Assembly (NCBI RefSeq): GCF_006345805.1
Contig: NC_043015.1
Span: forward strand, 43,834,001-43,898,000
Direction of reading: 5' to 3'
DNA from: Octopus sinensis
Lineage: Eukaryota
DNA: 64,000 bases
The stretch's first letter is position 1. Each line of letters begins with the position of its first letter. The position numbers were made by a program, and so were the translations under genes. Shown here piece after piece: positions 63,063 to 64,000 of this stretch. The notes below the pieces were generated by a model that saw only the letters and a program-made list of their open reading frames with translations, was not told the DNA's origin and searched no databases.

Positions 63063-63280
63063 AGGTAAAGACCTATTTTTGGCACGAACATCCATGGAAT
63101 TTCACTTAGAAAGATCCATTTCGAGACACAAGTCCCAAGCACGAGTAGTGAGATGGATAAACGCGTAATAGTGTTTCGCACCAGAACACAGCATGTCTCG
63201 GCAGATTCGAATTAAAACCTCACGTTTGTAACCACGAATCTATGAATACTCAGGCATAGACCTCTCTCTCTCTCTCATAC

Positions 63281-63324
<44 letters not shown>

Positions 63325-63370
63325 TTTATATATAGATAATATATATGTATATCCATATATGTATAACGTC

Positions 63371-63404
<34 letters not shown>

Positions 63405-64000
63405 TTCATGTATGTGAATCTATGGATTTGGAGATAAGTATTAGAGAGAAAACAGCTAGAGAAAAAAAATATAGAAAAAATTACACAAATATACTGTAAA
63501 TAAATGATTTGTTTTTATCTCCGAGATACACTTTGATGGATTATATTTTAATTGAAGAACTGATGTGATGCAGTTGATAATCCCCAAAGGCCTTTACACA
63601 TCTCACGTATCACAGTGATTTACCACTCAGAAATATTGATAAGCAGAATCCCATGCAGTTTTAAGACAAGCTTTAGAGTTCAGGCTTTTTCCTCTAGGTT
63701 TTATAGAAATGCTTTGAAATTTTTTCTACGAATTCTATCACAGATACCTGTCACGGTATATATATATATATATAATATATAATATATATATATATATATA
63801 TATACATATATATATACGTGTATTTATTTATGTGGTGTGTATATGTGTGCGTGTATGCATAAATGTATACATACATTCATACATTCCATATAAGCCTATC
63901 TGTTTTTTCTGCGTCGCACCCTACCTACCTTCCTACCTACCTACCTACCTACCTACCTACATACATATATACATGCATACATGCATACATATCTACCTAC

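Overview
AT-rich, microsatellite- and SINE-saturated animal genomic DNA. The repeat landscape looks like an octopus (coleoid cephalopod) genome; that is inferred from the repeat families, not proven. The only host gene I can support is a class A (rhodopsin-family) peptide-type GPCR on the minus strand. I reconstructed five phase-consistent coding exons: 32056-31935, 25662-25539, 23829-23627, 14302-14200 and 9376-8942. Together they give 987 nt covering ECL1/TM3 to the stop codon, with ERY, CWAP and NPVVY motifs. I could not find the N-terminal/TM1-TM2 exon(s); they lie in the N gap at 47170-47269 or beyond base 64000. The introns hold a near-complete, frameshifted Penelope-like element (RT + GIY-YIG), several decayed R4/Dong-type RLE retroelements, RTE and CR1-like LINE pieces, a deleted Tc1, MITEs and many tRNA-derived SINEs. 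The most interesting signals are: (1) several hammerhead-ribozyme folds, namely a U3-A8 core variant at the Penelope 3' end, one whose stem II loop contains a (CTT)n microsatellite, and a pair inside ~250-bp direct repeats 1918 nt apart (retrozyme-like); (2) an RLE retroelement family that appears to target (CATA)n arrays; (3) SINE concatemers, dimers and fold-backs; (4) a competing splice acceptor that would truncate the receptor after TM5. All RNA folds were read by eye and none has been computed or tested.
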